Part shown: one piece after another, positions 25,696 through 38,973 of the stretch
How the letters are laid out: every line of letters starts with the position of its first letter
Position numbering within the stretch: the first letter of the stretch is position 1
NCBI RefSeq assembly: GCF_037042905.1
Contig: NC_087249.1
Location: 10,480,001-10,544,000 of the forward strand
DNA: 64,000 bases
Source of the DNA: Lytechinus pictus
Taxonomy: Eukaryota
Reading direction: 5' to 3'
Notes under the pieces: generated by a model
What the model was told of the DNA's origin: nothing
Seen by the model: the letters and a program-made list of their open reading frames with translations, nothing else
Database searches by the model: none
Position numbers and translations under genes: made by a program

Positions 25696-28340
25696 TTTAT
25701 TTATTTATTTATTTATTTATTTTGTTTTATTTATTTTATACTGCAGGGTAGGCCTGTTCAGTTCTTAAAACTGCTTTACAAATGCGCCCTGCAGTTTAAA
25801 ATACATGTCAAGATAACTATGAACAACAACAACAAACAACATCAAAAATACAAAATACAAAATATCTAACATCAGAAACAATTAACACCAAAATATAGAG
25901 TGGGAAGTGACAATTTAAACATACATAGCATTGTAAATCAAAGGAATATCATTTCGCTCTTTATCAATTCGTATGAAAGGCTTTGCATAATTTTTTAAAA
26001 ACTAACAAGGAGGTACAAACTTGTAAATTTGAAGGAAGTGCATTAAATAATTTGGGTCCGACATATGCGAAAGATTTTCTTTTATGTTCAATTCTAGCTT
26101 TGGGAAGCTGAAGGGGGCATCGTAAAGAATATCGTGTCCTCTATTTTACGGGCCGTTTACATACTAAAGGTTTTAAATAATTTGGAACTAAATCATTCAT
26201 TATTTTATATACAAGAACACAATACTGATATTTTATACGCTGATCTACTGATTGCCACTTCAGTGACTGCAACAAAGAAATTTGTGATGTATTATAATCT
26301 TTTTTCAAAAGCATTCTGGCATATTTATTTTGAAGTTTTTGTATCTTATCTAAATGTATTTTTGCACTGCTTCCCCAAGATGTAATACAGTAATCAATGT
26401 AAGGTAAAACCATAGAAAAGTACAGCTTCTTCATAATATCAAAGGACAGTAAGTGCTTAATCCGCCTTACACAACCTATTGCCCGAGATATTTTACAAAC
26501 GACATTAGTAATATGTTCGCACCAAGTCAAGCCCGGATCGAGCATGACACCTAAGTATTTAATCTTTTTTACATTTTCTAATTGTATGTTCCTGAAGTTC
26601 ACTGACAAATGAGCACCCCTCAACTTTTTCTTTTGACCAAATACCATGGCTTTTGTTTTTTGCGGGTGTAAATGCATATTATTTAAGTCTAGCCATTTAC
26701 TTATTGAATCAAAATCATCTTGCAAATGCTTTTGTACCTCCTTAATTGATTCACCGTGATTAAAAATGGCGGTATCATCAGCATAAAGAGACATTTTAGA
26801 ATGTACATGCAATTTCAAATTACACATGTCATTAATAAAAATACAAAATATCAATGGACCCAGTATAGATCCTTGTGGGACACCTGATTTTATCTTCAAA
26901 AATTCACTGCGACAATTGTTAATCATTACAAATTGCCTTCTGTCTGTTAAATACGATTCCATCCAGTTGTATTCATTGCCAGTAATACCATAGTACTTAA
27001 GTTTTGCAAGTATAGAATTGTGAGGAATAACATCAAAAGCTTTGCGTAAGTCCAAGAAAATACCACCAGTAACATGTTTTCGGTCCATTTTATCATACAA
27101 AAAGTCTGTAATCTCAGTTAGACAAGTGGCAGTAGAATAAGACGGTCTGAAGCCAGACTGACAATTTGCAAGTAGATCATTTACATTTAAGTACTTATAC
27201 AATTGATCATGTATTGCTCTCTCTAGTATTTTGGACAGGACTGGAAGCACAGAAATTGGTCTATAATTGTCAATATCAAATGATCCTCCCTTATGTACAG
27301 GAGTAATTCTTGCTGTTTTAAAATCTTCTGGAATAACACTAGTTTGTAAAGTTGCATTAAATAAATGGGTTAAAGGGCCAGCTATACTCTCTGCTGCCAG
27401 CTTAAGAAACTTAGGGTGAATGCCATCTACTCCGACCGCTTTCGAACAATCAATATGTAATAGTTCTTTCAAAACATACTCCTTTTTGATTGCATAAAAT
27501 TTAAATTCACAATCTGGAATAAACAGAGTTTGTAAATTGTTTAATAAATCTTTCGAGAAATTACCCGAAGCGGCTTGCAACCTTGAGCCGACTTCATTAA
27601 AGGCTTTGTTTAGAACGTGAGCTATTTCATTGTTAGGTATTTGATCATTATCAATTGTTAATTTAACATCATGACTCATGGTTTTATTTTTCTTAGGTAT
27701 AAGCTTCGATAAAATGTTCCAGTTCTTTTTTATGTCATTTTCGCAGTCCTTAAATTTGTCCTGATAATACTTCTTTTTCAAATTTTTAATCAAGTTATTA
27801 GCTCTGTTACGGGAAAACTGAAATTTATTCCACCAATAAATTAATCTTGTTTTTCTAAATTGCTTTCGATAATAATCCCTTTCGCGTGCTAACACCAAAA
27901 AATCATCATTTATCCAAGGTACCCCTCTTTGTTTTTGCCGCACTGATATCACGGGGGCATGCCTGTCACAAATGTCCAGGAGTGTGTTTTTAAAGTAGTG
28001 CCACAATTTTTCAACGTCAGTCCCACAGGAATAAAACTCATGCCAATCAACTTTCCTTACATCATCTTTAAATTTCTCACTGTCAAAGTACTTGAATGAA
28101 CGACATTTAGTTATTTTCGGAGAAAGGGATTGATGTTTCCCTTTAATTGCAGTAAAAATCACAGAGTGATCACTAAGTCCAGCTGACTGCACTCCTGACT
28201 TAATAATATTGTCAACAAGTGCATCAGAAATACATACCAAATCGATTACTGACTGGCTATGTGGTGAAATTCTAGTGGGTTCAGATATAACCTGTGTCAT
28301 TTGCATTGTAGTAAGGAGACTGGAAACTTTTCTAGAAAGA
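25696..28340 (-). mobile_element. 5'-truncated L2-group (L2/Crack/Daphne-like) LINE
   Basis: (ATTT)n tail 25696-25738, 3' stem-loop ctgcaggg...ccctgcag, and ORF2 with the end of the APE domain plus RT. Confidence 0.9.
25964..28340 (-). pseudogene. LINE ORF2 fragment (APE endonuclease C-terminus plus RT), one in-frame nonsense codon near the C-terminus
   Basis: Motifs PTR..S.ID, LSDH, KAVGVDG, NYRPISVLP, DLRKAFD, GVPQGSILGP, LYADD, KYLGV. After the TAG at 26141-26143 the frame continues RTRYS..KSFAYVGPKLFNALP..FKK to TGA at 25964. Confidence 0.92.
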
Positions 28341-28568
28341 AAAACTTTGTCGAAAATCGGTGAATCAAAACAGCAGTGTCGCCCTGGACTATAGACAAAC
28401 AACATTTTTTTTACAATGTTTCGCCCTGTCCGAATCTTTGGACGATCTGCTGTCCCGCGGTCCACCAACTTTCGACAAAAACCTCTCACCTGTCCATTGG
28501 AAATTGACTTGCATTTTCTAAGGAATTGGTGCGTTGTAGAAAGCGTCTGCGTAGTGATTGCGAAAATA

Positions 28569-28807
28569 CACAGCAAAAACTGTGATGTTAACCGGTGTAC
28601 ATAGAGGACCACACCAGTTATTTTACACCGGTGTTAAATTGACAGTGTTACTTTAACACATATAGGTGTTATTAAAACGCTTTTGGTTGTTACATTTACA
28701 CTCATTGGTGTTATGTTAAATCTCTAGGGTGTAATTTTGACACCTCGGGGTGCGGTCCTCTATTAGCACCAACTGGTGTCAGTTTTAACACCACAGTTTT
28801 TACAGTG
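28569..28807. mobile_element. CAC...GTG-ended (CACTA/EnSpm-like) palindromic MITE
   Basis: cacagcaaaaactgtg / cacagtttttacagtg with 2-bp TA flanks. Confidence 0.75.
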
Positions 28808-30615
28808 TATGATCTAATAGAAAACGAGACCGTCTCGAGTTCAATGACATGCGGATTTAAAACCTTTACGCTATATAAAACCTTTAAAGAAGGCTATAGG
28901 ATATGTTCTCAGAGAGGTAGATAGAAGGTGAGAGATAGGGGGGGGGCAGAGAAGAATAGAGGGAGAGGGAAAGAGAATTATCTCACACTCATGCAATTTT
29001 AGCGCACGCATACACTCACACGCATATCACTCACATAACACACATGCACACACCCTCCCAACAAAAATGATCAGCGTGTTTTTTTTTTACTGTATTAAAC
29101 TGATGCGCATGAATTGAACACAAAACACACACTCTCACTGCTACTCACCCCACCCCTGCAGAGCCACACACTCTTGTGTTTTACTTTGCCATACACTCTT
29201 GTGTTTTACTTTGATTGTGAAGAAAACCTTTTTTCATATTCTAAGAGAGTTATGACTGACTTGATTGTTATTTGTGCATGCTGACAAATTGAATCTCTAT
29301 CGTTAAAGGTTTTTGCGACAATTGGCTATCCATAAGTAAAAAAAAAAATCTTGAGACCAGAGTTTAGATTGAATCTGAGTACAGAATACGTGCCAATATA
29401 TCCATCTTTATTCATCTCTCATTCATTCTGTCAATTCATGTCATCTTTGTCTCTATGACTCCATATTTTCTTTGTCCATATTTGTACTTTTATTTTGTTT
29501 GTTTTAACCTATACATTCACCTATCTATCTTTAATAGTGATATATATTGTGATTTAAATGTCCATGAATTTATGATGTTTCACTTCTTTAATTCACATTC
29601 CTCTTTAACTTCAAGCTTACGTTTAATGTATTTTACATTTTATTAATGTTCTATATAATAGTCTAGGCTGTTATGTTACATGATTTTTATGTTTCAATGT
29701 TTTGTAATTTCAATGCACGGACCAATCGAAAATCAGCTTTTGCTGAATAGGTCTTGCTGAAATGAACAAATGAAATGAAATCCCTTTCAAAACTCTCTTT
29801 ATGACTTTTCATATTCTGTCCAATCCCACCCTCGCCTTCCTTCTCCCTATCGTCCTGATCGTTATCCCACCCCGAAAATATGAAGAAGAAAAGAAAAAAA
29901 AACCAGTGTTCAAATCTCGGATCACACAGCAGCTCGCAGACATGTTGCATGGATGACAGACCGTGTGTATTAAAATATGAGCATGTTTCCAATGATATTC
30001 CAATCGGTGTTAGGTTCTCTGTTGGTTTTATCCGTTAATTGATCCGCGTGCGTCCGTATACCGGCAAAATATTGTTTTCTCTCATCTGTCTTACTCTTTA
30101 CTTTTTTTCTCTCTCTCTTTCTGTCTCTCGCGACATCTATCTTCTTTCCCTTTTCTGAGAGACCTCTCAGAAGAAAATTAATTGCCCCCGCGTACAGCAG
30201 CATCGCCTCGCGAGTGACGCCTCGCATAAATTCCCGCCATGACTCTCCTGTTATTTTAGTTAAACTGCCGAGAAATTGGTCGTTTTGCCGACTTTGTGTC
30301 AGTCTAATAAATGAGAAGGTGAATGAAGAAGTCTTCGGTTGCAGACTATTTATGACGAAAATGAAAACTAAATGAAAATTTGGACTTTCAACGAGCACAT
30401 AATATTGTAAAAGTTATTCATTTATCAATAAATGTACATCAACGAGGTTTCCCCTTCTTCTAAAGATTGTCAATGAGGACAGCCGAAAACATTTTGATAT
30501 TTTGCAAAGGTTCACAAAAGTTATTGAGTTTTGCTTTGCTATAATTGTCCTATAGTTAAAAGGAAAGACATTTGACAAAGTCAAATCAATTATTAACGGA
30601 ATAACACCATCTGAT

Positions 30616-30847
30616 ACATTCTAAAAAAAGGCTTACCCAATATTGGGTAAAATGGGAACATGCATGTTGGTTGTGTAAAAAGATACCAAATATTTTGTAA
30701 ATTTTACGCGATGTTGCGTTAAAATTTACCCTTAAAACAAGTATTTAGCCTAATATGGGGTAAAAAAAAAAGATATCCAGCACACATGCATGTTCCCTTT
30801 CTACCCAATATTGGGTAAAAGTTTACTCAGTGTTTTTACTTAGAGTG
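30616..30847. mobile_element. Palindromic MITE family A, copy 1 (copy 2 at 48506-48728)
   Basis: Closely similar to 48506-48728, with mirrored cccaatattgggtaaaatgggaacatgcatg arms. Confidence 0.8.
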
Positions 30848-33672
30848 TAATTGTTTACTTCGAACTCAATTTTACAAGACTAAGCATGTTAAGTGAGGAA
30901 ATGAACTCGAAATAGCGAAGATTTCAGTTCTTGTAAAATTTCTAAACAATTCAGCAGATTATATTGAAAATACAGTTTCTGGCTTCCACCATGGACTTCT
31001 TGCAATTCTAGCAAGAATGCATAAGGTTTTTGTATATATAAATGACAAGAATATCATACAGAATGATAGATTTGGAGTAGGTTTTTACTGAAATGTACTC
31101 AATTTGGTATTGACGCCTAGTGCCATCCTGTGATATGCCTATCATGATGATTTACTAGATATGATTTTATTTATTGTATATTGTTTGATTAGAACGTTGA
31201 TATTATCAACATCTGGATATGTATAATTGCTTTTACAGTGCGGTTCATTTAAAGCTACGGACGTACGTTTTGCCCTTCACATCGTCAGACTAATATTCAC
31301 ATTATAGCTTTGAATAAAATGCTGAAGAACGCAAAAACTGCTTGATTTTCAGACTACGAGAATAGTTCATATAAACCATAAGATAAGATTCCTCTCCTCA
31401 GAACATGGTCCCCAATTTTTTCCCCCATCTCATTCTACTTTTGCCGCGCGCGAAATGATTAGTCGCTAATTGATTAGAAAGCCAGTTGGTAGCGCGCATG
31501 TCACTGGCGGGCGCAATTTGATATCGTGCCGCGCGCGCCGTGTAATAGTCTTGCTCGATAGCCTTCATGCTCGCGAGACGGAAATTTAGGATTTTGTTAC
31601 AGCACTGGGATTCGATGCCATTTTCTAGGCAGCAAATAAACGATTACCTGTGATACAATGACGCACGCAGATTCTTTTTTTACCATTTTTCCCGAAGAAG
31701 GCTGAATATCGTTATCATCATCATCATCATCATCACGATCATTCTATTTTACTTTTAACGATTATCTCCTCCATTCTTGCGAAAATTGTATTTTTCTACT
31801 TCTTTACCAAATCATTGTTTCTGATTACTGCAATTAACGTTTTCAGTGGCTCTTTTCTTAACATGTTTTCTCGATAATGGCGCTAAACACGCTAAACGAA
31901 ATGTTAAGGAGAGGGAAAAATTTCGGAGTTATCCAACGTTTCCTTAGAAGACGTTACTGTAGTTGTATTTGTTATACAAGTATTATGCTTCATATCCCCA
32001 TCTTAACATTTTGTTTTCTTACTTCACATTTTACTCAAATCCATAACTGACCATTATATATATATATTTACTTATATACTTATATATTTATATATATAAG
32101 TCGTCTAAAATCCACCTGAAATGCCGTGTACTAGTACAGACTGTAAAGCAAATCACATCAATAATCTAATTGCTATCCACAATTCAAGTAAAAAAAAAAT
32201 AAATTAAAACCCAACTAGGTTTTGTCACGGCTAATAAAACGGTATATCTTGTAGTTCAGTGAACTTTATCGGCGGATAATACCTTTAAAATAATCTCAGC
32301 ATGTCATATGATATCTGAAATTTCATTTAAATTAAATTTAATTCGTATTTGATCCGGTATACGTTCAGTAGGGATGTAATGGTGTCGGTGTCTGGGGGAG
32401 TTTATTGAGTATGCAAAGCAAGCCGACATTCCCCCTAAAACAGACCCCTGATATTGTATATGCCTTCTTTATATACTTTCGTTGTGCAATACTCTTATGT
32501 TTTAAGGGCGTTATTAAAAAAAAACCATCTGGAACATTTTTCATGTGAATTTGTAGTAAAATCTCAGACTTTTCTGTAGAATGCAGGAATGCCGAAAATA
32601 TATTTTAATGTTATATTCTATTGACATTTTGAGATTTTTTACAATGTGCTCCCATAGGCGAGCATGCAGTTATTAATGACGATTAATAGAAATGTTTATA
32701 TAAAACAGATATCTTTAATCATGTTTGAATAGTTTTACAAATAGGTATTACCCATGACTTTGCAGTACGGGTGATTTATTCTCTTTCTAAATAAGATACC
32801 CAAAGATTCTGTTTAAAGATGTAAATTGGAGTGAATTACTTATAATCCTAATCATGCTTTTCATTTTTTAAACACATAATATTGGAATTGGTAATCAAAT
32901 ACTTGTTGACGAATAAAATGGAATATTAAATGATCTGATTTCGATTTCAGCTCAAGTTCATAATAATATAACATCTGATTTTACATAATATGGAATGCTT
33001 AATGAAAAAACTTCCCTGATGCCATTTTTTCAAAGATATATTCGTAAACTTAACTCATCAGACTTAACGTTTCATTCATAAGGAAACATACTCTAAACCG
33101 ACCGATTAATAACGTAATATCTTTGATCGCTTTGAAGTCGGTTATGTTGGTGTAACTGCGGCATTACAAACGATATGTATTTGTATTATGATACCCCCCG
33201 TATTCCTAAGATTTCTTAGTGGCATTAAGGACAATATGAAATATGCAGGTATATATGAACAACAATATTATATTTAGTAGACAACTATATTAAAATAATC
33301 TGCAACAATACAATATTTTATTGTATGTCTAAAAACAAAAATAAATATGAATAATCCATTGAAAAAAAAAATCAATATAGACCCTCGTCATGCGTTGCTA
33401 CAATATCAGGAAAAAATGTGAGGTCTCGTATTGAAACTGTATCATTTGTTTTATAGCTCCTAGGTCATATAGGTCCAAGTTGAAGAAGCATAGCTTGTAT
33501 AGAACTACTCTATATACCACCAAGATGTGCTCTAAAAATGTTTATAAACTTATTGAATTACTTCAATACAGTACAAGATGCCCCTTTATACCTCTATATA
33601 CAAACTATGTATGCTTTATACACAGTCCATGGAGAGTACCTGAGTACGTTAGGGGAAGCACCCACTACCGGT

Positions 33673-34072
33673 TTCTCGAAGCCTTTGTCCGCACAAAGGA
33701 AGATGGCCCAATTAATTTCGAATCCAAGACTCGTCACCGATTCTTGAGCACGTGCCGAGTAATAGTCTCGGCAATACTTGGCAAACTCAACAAACAAAAC
33801 GATCCGATCAGTTCGAGGGAGACAACGAAACCTTCAAATAAGATTATCGCATTACTTTCGTCGTGAATTCCCGGCCCTTTGCTTCGACAACATAAAGCCC
33901 TTATCCTGTTACCCCTTCAAAAGATTGTGCAAAAAGAACGGGGGAGCCCTCTGCTCGCGTGGTTAAAATACTGAAACACAATACTTGTTGAACCCCTCGC
34001 CTTCTCGGGATATCCCAAATCCCCAAACGGAGCACGCCGTATGGTGTGGGTTCTGGCTTAGACATGGGGCTC
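33673..34072 (+). ncRNA. Candidate structured RNA domain
   Basis: Several nested 5-8-bp helices with + strand G-U pairs. Confidence 0.4.
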
Positions 34073-35116
34073 ATCTTTTCTTACAACGACTTTCATCACA
34101 ATAGCCGGTAAATATGAACAAAAAAACATCTCTCGTGGACATCTTTTTGCTTTTAGGAACAGAAAATTCGACATATTCTAAAAAAATCATTGAAATCTAC
34201 GGATTCAATACAATTATGGCTCGTTTGCCGTTTTAAGCAATATCTTTATAGAACTGTAATAATACAGGCAAAATGTAATTAGAGCACCAGCAGATTAAAT
34301 CGTCAGGCAAAACATAAATTGAAAGACAATAAGCTTCCCTGTGGTACTCTATCTTCCACAGTACCGATGAACCAATACACATACAAATTTGAGAGGGAGT
34401 TGTCCTTGTTTAAACACACATTTCGTTTCACATCAGCGAACAAAAACAACAACAAAAATCGTTCTTGGACCCCTTCCGTACAAATCATTCAGTGTTGAAG
34501 CGGATAAGTAAATAATAGGTATCTTGTAAAGAAACATTCATTCACTGAAAGGAATTAAACTGCAAGTCCTTATGAAAGGCAAAGTTCATTGACCTCTGCT
34601 CCATGGCAGATCATTTCCTTATCTTCTTTTGATGTGAAGTCATTGAAACTCCCCCTTTTCAGGGTTTTCTTCGCACGGTTATTTCTTTCGATTTTTTTTA
34701 CATCTTATATTAAGGTTTAGTGTGTCATCTGTCTCAAAATGTATCAAACTGGCCTATAGGTGGTGTGCTTGGGGACCCATGGCCCCCACCCTTCACTACC
34801 ACGAAAAAAAAATATAAAAAGAAAGACAAGGACAGGAAAAATTGGGAAATGTGATATTGTATAGATATTGGTCTGTTTGGCATCTACAATAAAATCACGA
34901 TTGGCAGTAGAAGTCATAGATCTAAACAAATTAAGATAATAGATTTACACACACCCACACACAAACACACACATACAGAAAAAAATGGTAGGCGTTGCTT
35001 AAATCAAAGTTCCCCATGCAGAGCTATCCTCTCTTTGGAAATTTTTGGTGAGTTGGTGAGGCCGAAAATGTCTCAGCCGGGAATTGAACATGGGCCCCCG
35101 TTTCTCATGATTATTG

Positions 35117-37036
35117 CAGGGGCGGATCCAGCCTTCGCCAATAGGGGGGGGGCCGGAAAATTTTTCAGCCACATTTTCCCCGATCGGCCGCTCGAAGTTG
35201 ATTTTTGTTTGTTTCTTTGAAGGGGTAGTCCTAATAGTCACTTCTGAGCTTTATTCTTATAAATCAACATAATTATATAATAACCTCATAAGCCTTATTT
35301 AAATAGTACGAGCGCGAAGCGCGAGCTATTTTTTTAATTTCATGTATTTGTCCTAAAATTTAAACATTCTGGGCAATGTTTGTGATTCTAAACGAGATGT
35401 GTATCCAACTAAATAATTACTGCGAGCGCGAGCAGAAATTTTTGATATACTTTTGATCTGATAAAAAAAAGGATCTGTTAATGGCTGCTTGCAGTTATCC
35501 ATGAAGACGTAAAAATCTAATAATGCGAGCGCGAAGCGCGAGCTCAAAAATTGTGACACTTCTACCTGAATAATGAGTACATAACTAAAAAATGATGCGA
35601 GCGGAAAAATTAGAGATATACACCTGAAAATGAAGCATACTTTTCGTGTCTTGTTTCATGAAAAGGATGAGTAATTAGATATCTTCTTATATAAATAATG
35701 CGAGCGCAAAGCGCGAGCAGAAAATTTTTAATATTGTGATCTGAAACTGGATAATAATTTAAATAGAGAACAAGCTGCGTATCTGAATAAACATGCGCGC
35801 GTGTTTCAGATTCCGATCCGACCTAGAATCTGGGCATTCTAAATACCTTTTATCATGAAAATCAATAAAGCGAGCGCAAAGCGCGAACTTAAAATATTTG
35901 ATATTGCGATCTGAAAATGGGTAAATTTAAGCTCTGTATTTCAAGCACTTTTTAGTAAAATTGTGAGGTGGATATGGATCAAAGTGTTCACAAAGAGCTG
36001 ATATGTTTCATTATTATTACTTTGAATTTTGACATAGGACCGGGACATTCTAAGAACACTATGTCATCATATGAAAATAATGAATATCTTCCTATTTATC
36101 TTTATAAGCGCGAGATGAAACTCGAAAAGGGGACAATTTGGTTATCAAATTAATATCTTAATTATCATTCTAATAAGCATAATGGGAGCGCAAAATATGT
36201 TAAATGGCCTGAAAACTGGACATTTAAAGCACTTTTGTAATCATGAATAAGATGCATGAGTTAATTTATTTTCAGCAATCAATCTGTTAAATGGCCTGAA
36301 AACTGGACATTTAAAGCACTTCTGTAATCATGAATAAGATGCGTGAGTTAATTTATTTTCAGCAATCAATGCGAGCGCAAATCGCGAGACGAAATATTTG
36401 ATAAACTGTCATGAAATGGGGATTTAAAGTTGTTTGTTCATATTAAGATATAGCTCCAATCAAAATGCGGGCATACAGCGCTAGCTGATACGTTTTGACA
36501 ATCTGATACGTTTAGGGATATTTTGAGAACTTTATGGAATACAGGAAAACAATAGGTACCTGACAAATCAAATTTTGCGAGCGCGCAGCGCGACCAGAAA
36601 ATGTTAATATTTAGACCATGAAACATAATTTTTTACATAGCTCTTAAAAAAAATCAAATTGTAAATCAAACAAAATCATGAAAGTTCGATTTCCCAGCTT
36701 AAATGTGTTTGACTTCAATATTTGATATTTTAAGCACCATATTGAGCAAGATATGTAAATCACCTAAAAGGCAATGCGAGCACGAGCGCGAGCGAAAATT
36801 TCATATTGTGACGTGAAAAGATTTTTTTTTATTAGGCCTAATTTCCAAGTCGTCCCCTCATCTTATTTTATTCACTCGTCTTCCTCCTCTTGTGTTTCCC
36901 TTTCTTTTTTCTCCTCTCTTGTCCCTTCTTTTTCTTTTTTTTCTTTCTTTCCCCTTTTTTCTTTTTTTTGCTCCGCCAATAGGGGGGAGGGGGGGGGGGG
37001 AGCCCGGGCCCATCGGGCCCCCTGGATCCGCCTATG
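35117..37036. mobile_element. hAT-like non-autonomous element with periodic GCGAGCGCGAAGCGCGAGC motif
   Basis: TIR CAGGGGCGGATCCA / TGGATCCGCCTATG, pyrimidine tract plus G/C-run subterminus, ~90-bp internal tandem duplication at ~36197-36368. TSD not recognisable. Confidence 0.75.
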
Positions 37037-38224
37037 TATATGTATATGTATATCTTATCAAATTCTATCACAAAATGAGGTTTCCGTATTAAGAGGGTCA
37101 AATTGGTATGCCAGTACTACGAATAAGGTATCAATAAACATGGTGAATTGCTTTTTCATATTATAATAAATCAAACTTGAAACATTCGATAATCTCTGAA
37201 TATTAGCCCTCTAAATTTGGAGTACCTTTATTTTCGTACGAAATATTAGACGTTCCTTTTGGATTATGATGTGGATGGATTTCAATGTCCATGGAACTGT
37301 AAACTCCGAAATATCCTTCAAGCAATATCAGTAACATCTTGAAAATGTATATCCTCTTCGTAGTACAGCACTACAGCTAATATCAAAAAAATATTACTTC
37401 AGGCAAGAGAGAGAGGGGGGGGGGTCGTAAATTTGTGATTTTACAAACAAATTCACACGGGATACGTTACATCTCAGAGATGCGTACAGATGAAATAAAA
37501 TGAATTAAACTCAGTAATAGAAAAAAAAATACATCAGAGTTGGACAAAAGACAGATGATGTTTTTTCTTGATTGAAAATTGATATGGCTAGAGGAAAGAA
37601 TGGAGGCCAATGGACTGGGAACAAAAGTGAGCTTTCTTGGTATAATATGAAGAAGATGATGGATATTAAACGTCCTAATACTAAAAATCCTAAAATACGT
37701 GCGAAGGTAGAGACAGAGAGAGAGAGATAAAAGGGGAAAGAAGGGGAAAAGGAAACAAAATAAAAGAAGGAATAGAAAGATAGAGAGAGAGATTAAGTCA
37801 AATCCCTATCGGTTATGCCATTCTTTTTTAGGCTAACCACTACCCATGAGTGGCAATTTTCAATTTCCACGAAAGTTTGTTGCTTATTGCTGTGTGTCTT
37901 GTAATATAGAAAAGAAATATATATCAGAAGGCAAGTTTCAACATTTTGATGCAAGCGTCCTTTTTTAGAGAGCGTCTCTCGAGCATTCATTATTCTCCTG
38001 TCACATGAATGTTCTATAAAGGAAATATTCTATGATAGAAATACATGAGAAAGAAGACATCAGGTTTTATTTTTGATTACCTCATTTTCTTGCTTCTGTT
38101 GCTCCTCGTAAGGATTGATATCAAAATCATTTTCCCAGGTAATAAATAATGTAGGTAGAATATCCAAATATGGTTGGATTTTGACCCTTTATTCCCCCTT
38201 TCGGTGTATGATGAAGATTTGATC

Positions 38225-38602
38225 TAATAATAACAATAATAATAATGATAATAGTAATAATATTAATGATTATGATAATAATTATGATAATAATAATAAT
38301 AATAGTGATAATAATTATACTGATTATAATAATAATGATAATATAATAATAATGATAATAATAATTATTACAATAATGACTGATTGCATGCTCAAAGCGC
38401 TTCACACGTGATTCATAGTTCTGTAGCAGCTGTTAGGCGCACAACAGTGACTGTTGTTTCCTACTGGTACCCAATTAGCACCTGGACGACAGTAGCAAAG
38501 TGTGGATTGACGCCTTGCCAAAAGACGCTAGGCCATGACGGGATTTGAACACACGACCCTCTTATTACAAGGCGAGAGTCAGAACCGCTACACCACGACG
38601 CG
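38225..38602 (-). mobile_element. tRNA-derived SINE (Nin-type core) with (AAT)n-rich tail
   Basis: Minus strand head gcgtcgtggtgtagcggtt..., B-box-like gtgttcaaatccc, core 'ggtacccaattagcacctgg' and L2-like aaagcgctt tail. Confidence 0.75.
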
Positions 38603-38973
38603 ACGCTTCCAGTGAACGTGTGTGAACATTTGATGATGTTCACACACGTGCACAGTTGCATATATTGACAAACAACCCCACACATTCTCATGTGTATCAT
38701 ATAAATACAAGTATCCTACAAAGATACACACACACATCGCGAAACCCCAACAAACATCCACTCACACAACACACACACACACATATTCACATCACATACC
38801 CTTAGTTACATATCACACACTAATACACACACTTTTTACCGACTTACGTACATGTATCGTAACGCGCTTATACTCAAACGCACCCTGACACTCAACACAC
38901 TCCCTCACACACACTTTTTACTCACACCCCTAAATGTATCGTTACGCACATATACTCAAACGCAGGCAGACAC

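Noticed and set aside
28340..28612. N-terminal ~90 aa of the 823-aa ORF
   Set aside because: Fortuitous read-through from a MITE (28569-28807) and the unique island into the truncated LINE. Not endonuclease-like.
33940..34080. RNase MRP/P or telomerase RNA
   Set aside because: No matching P4 consensus 5' strand or telomeric template found. Kept only as an anonymous structured island.
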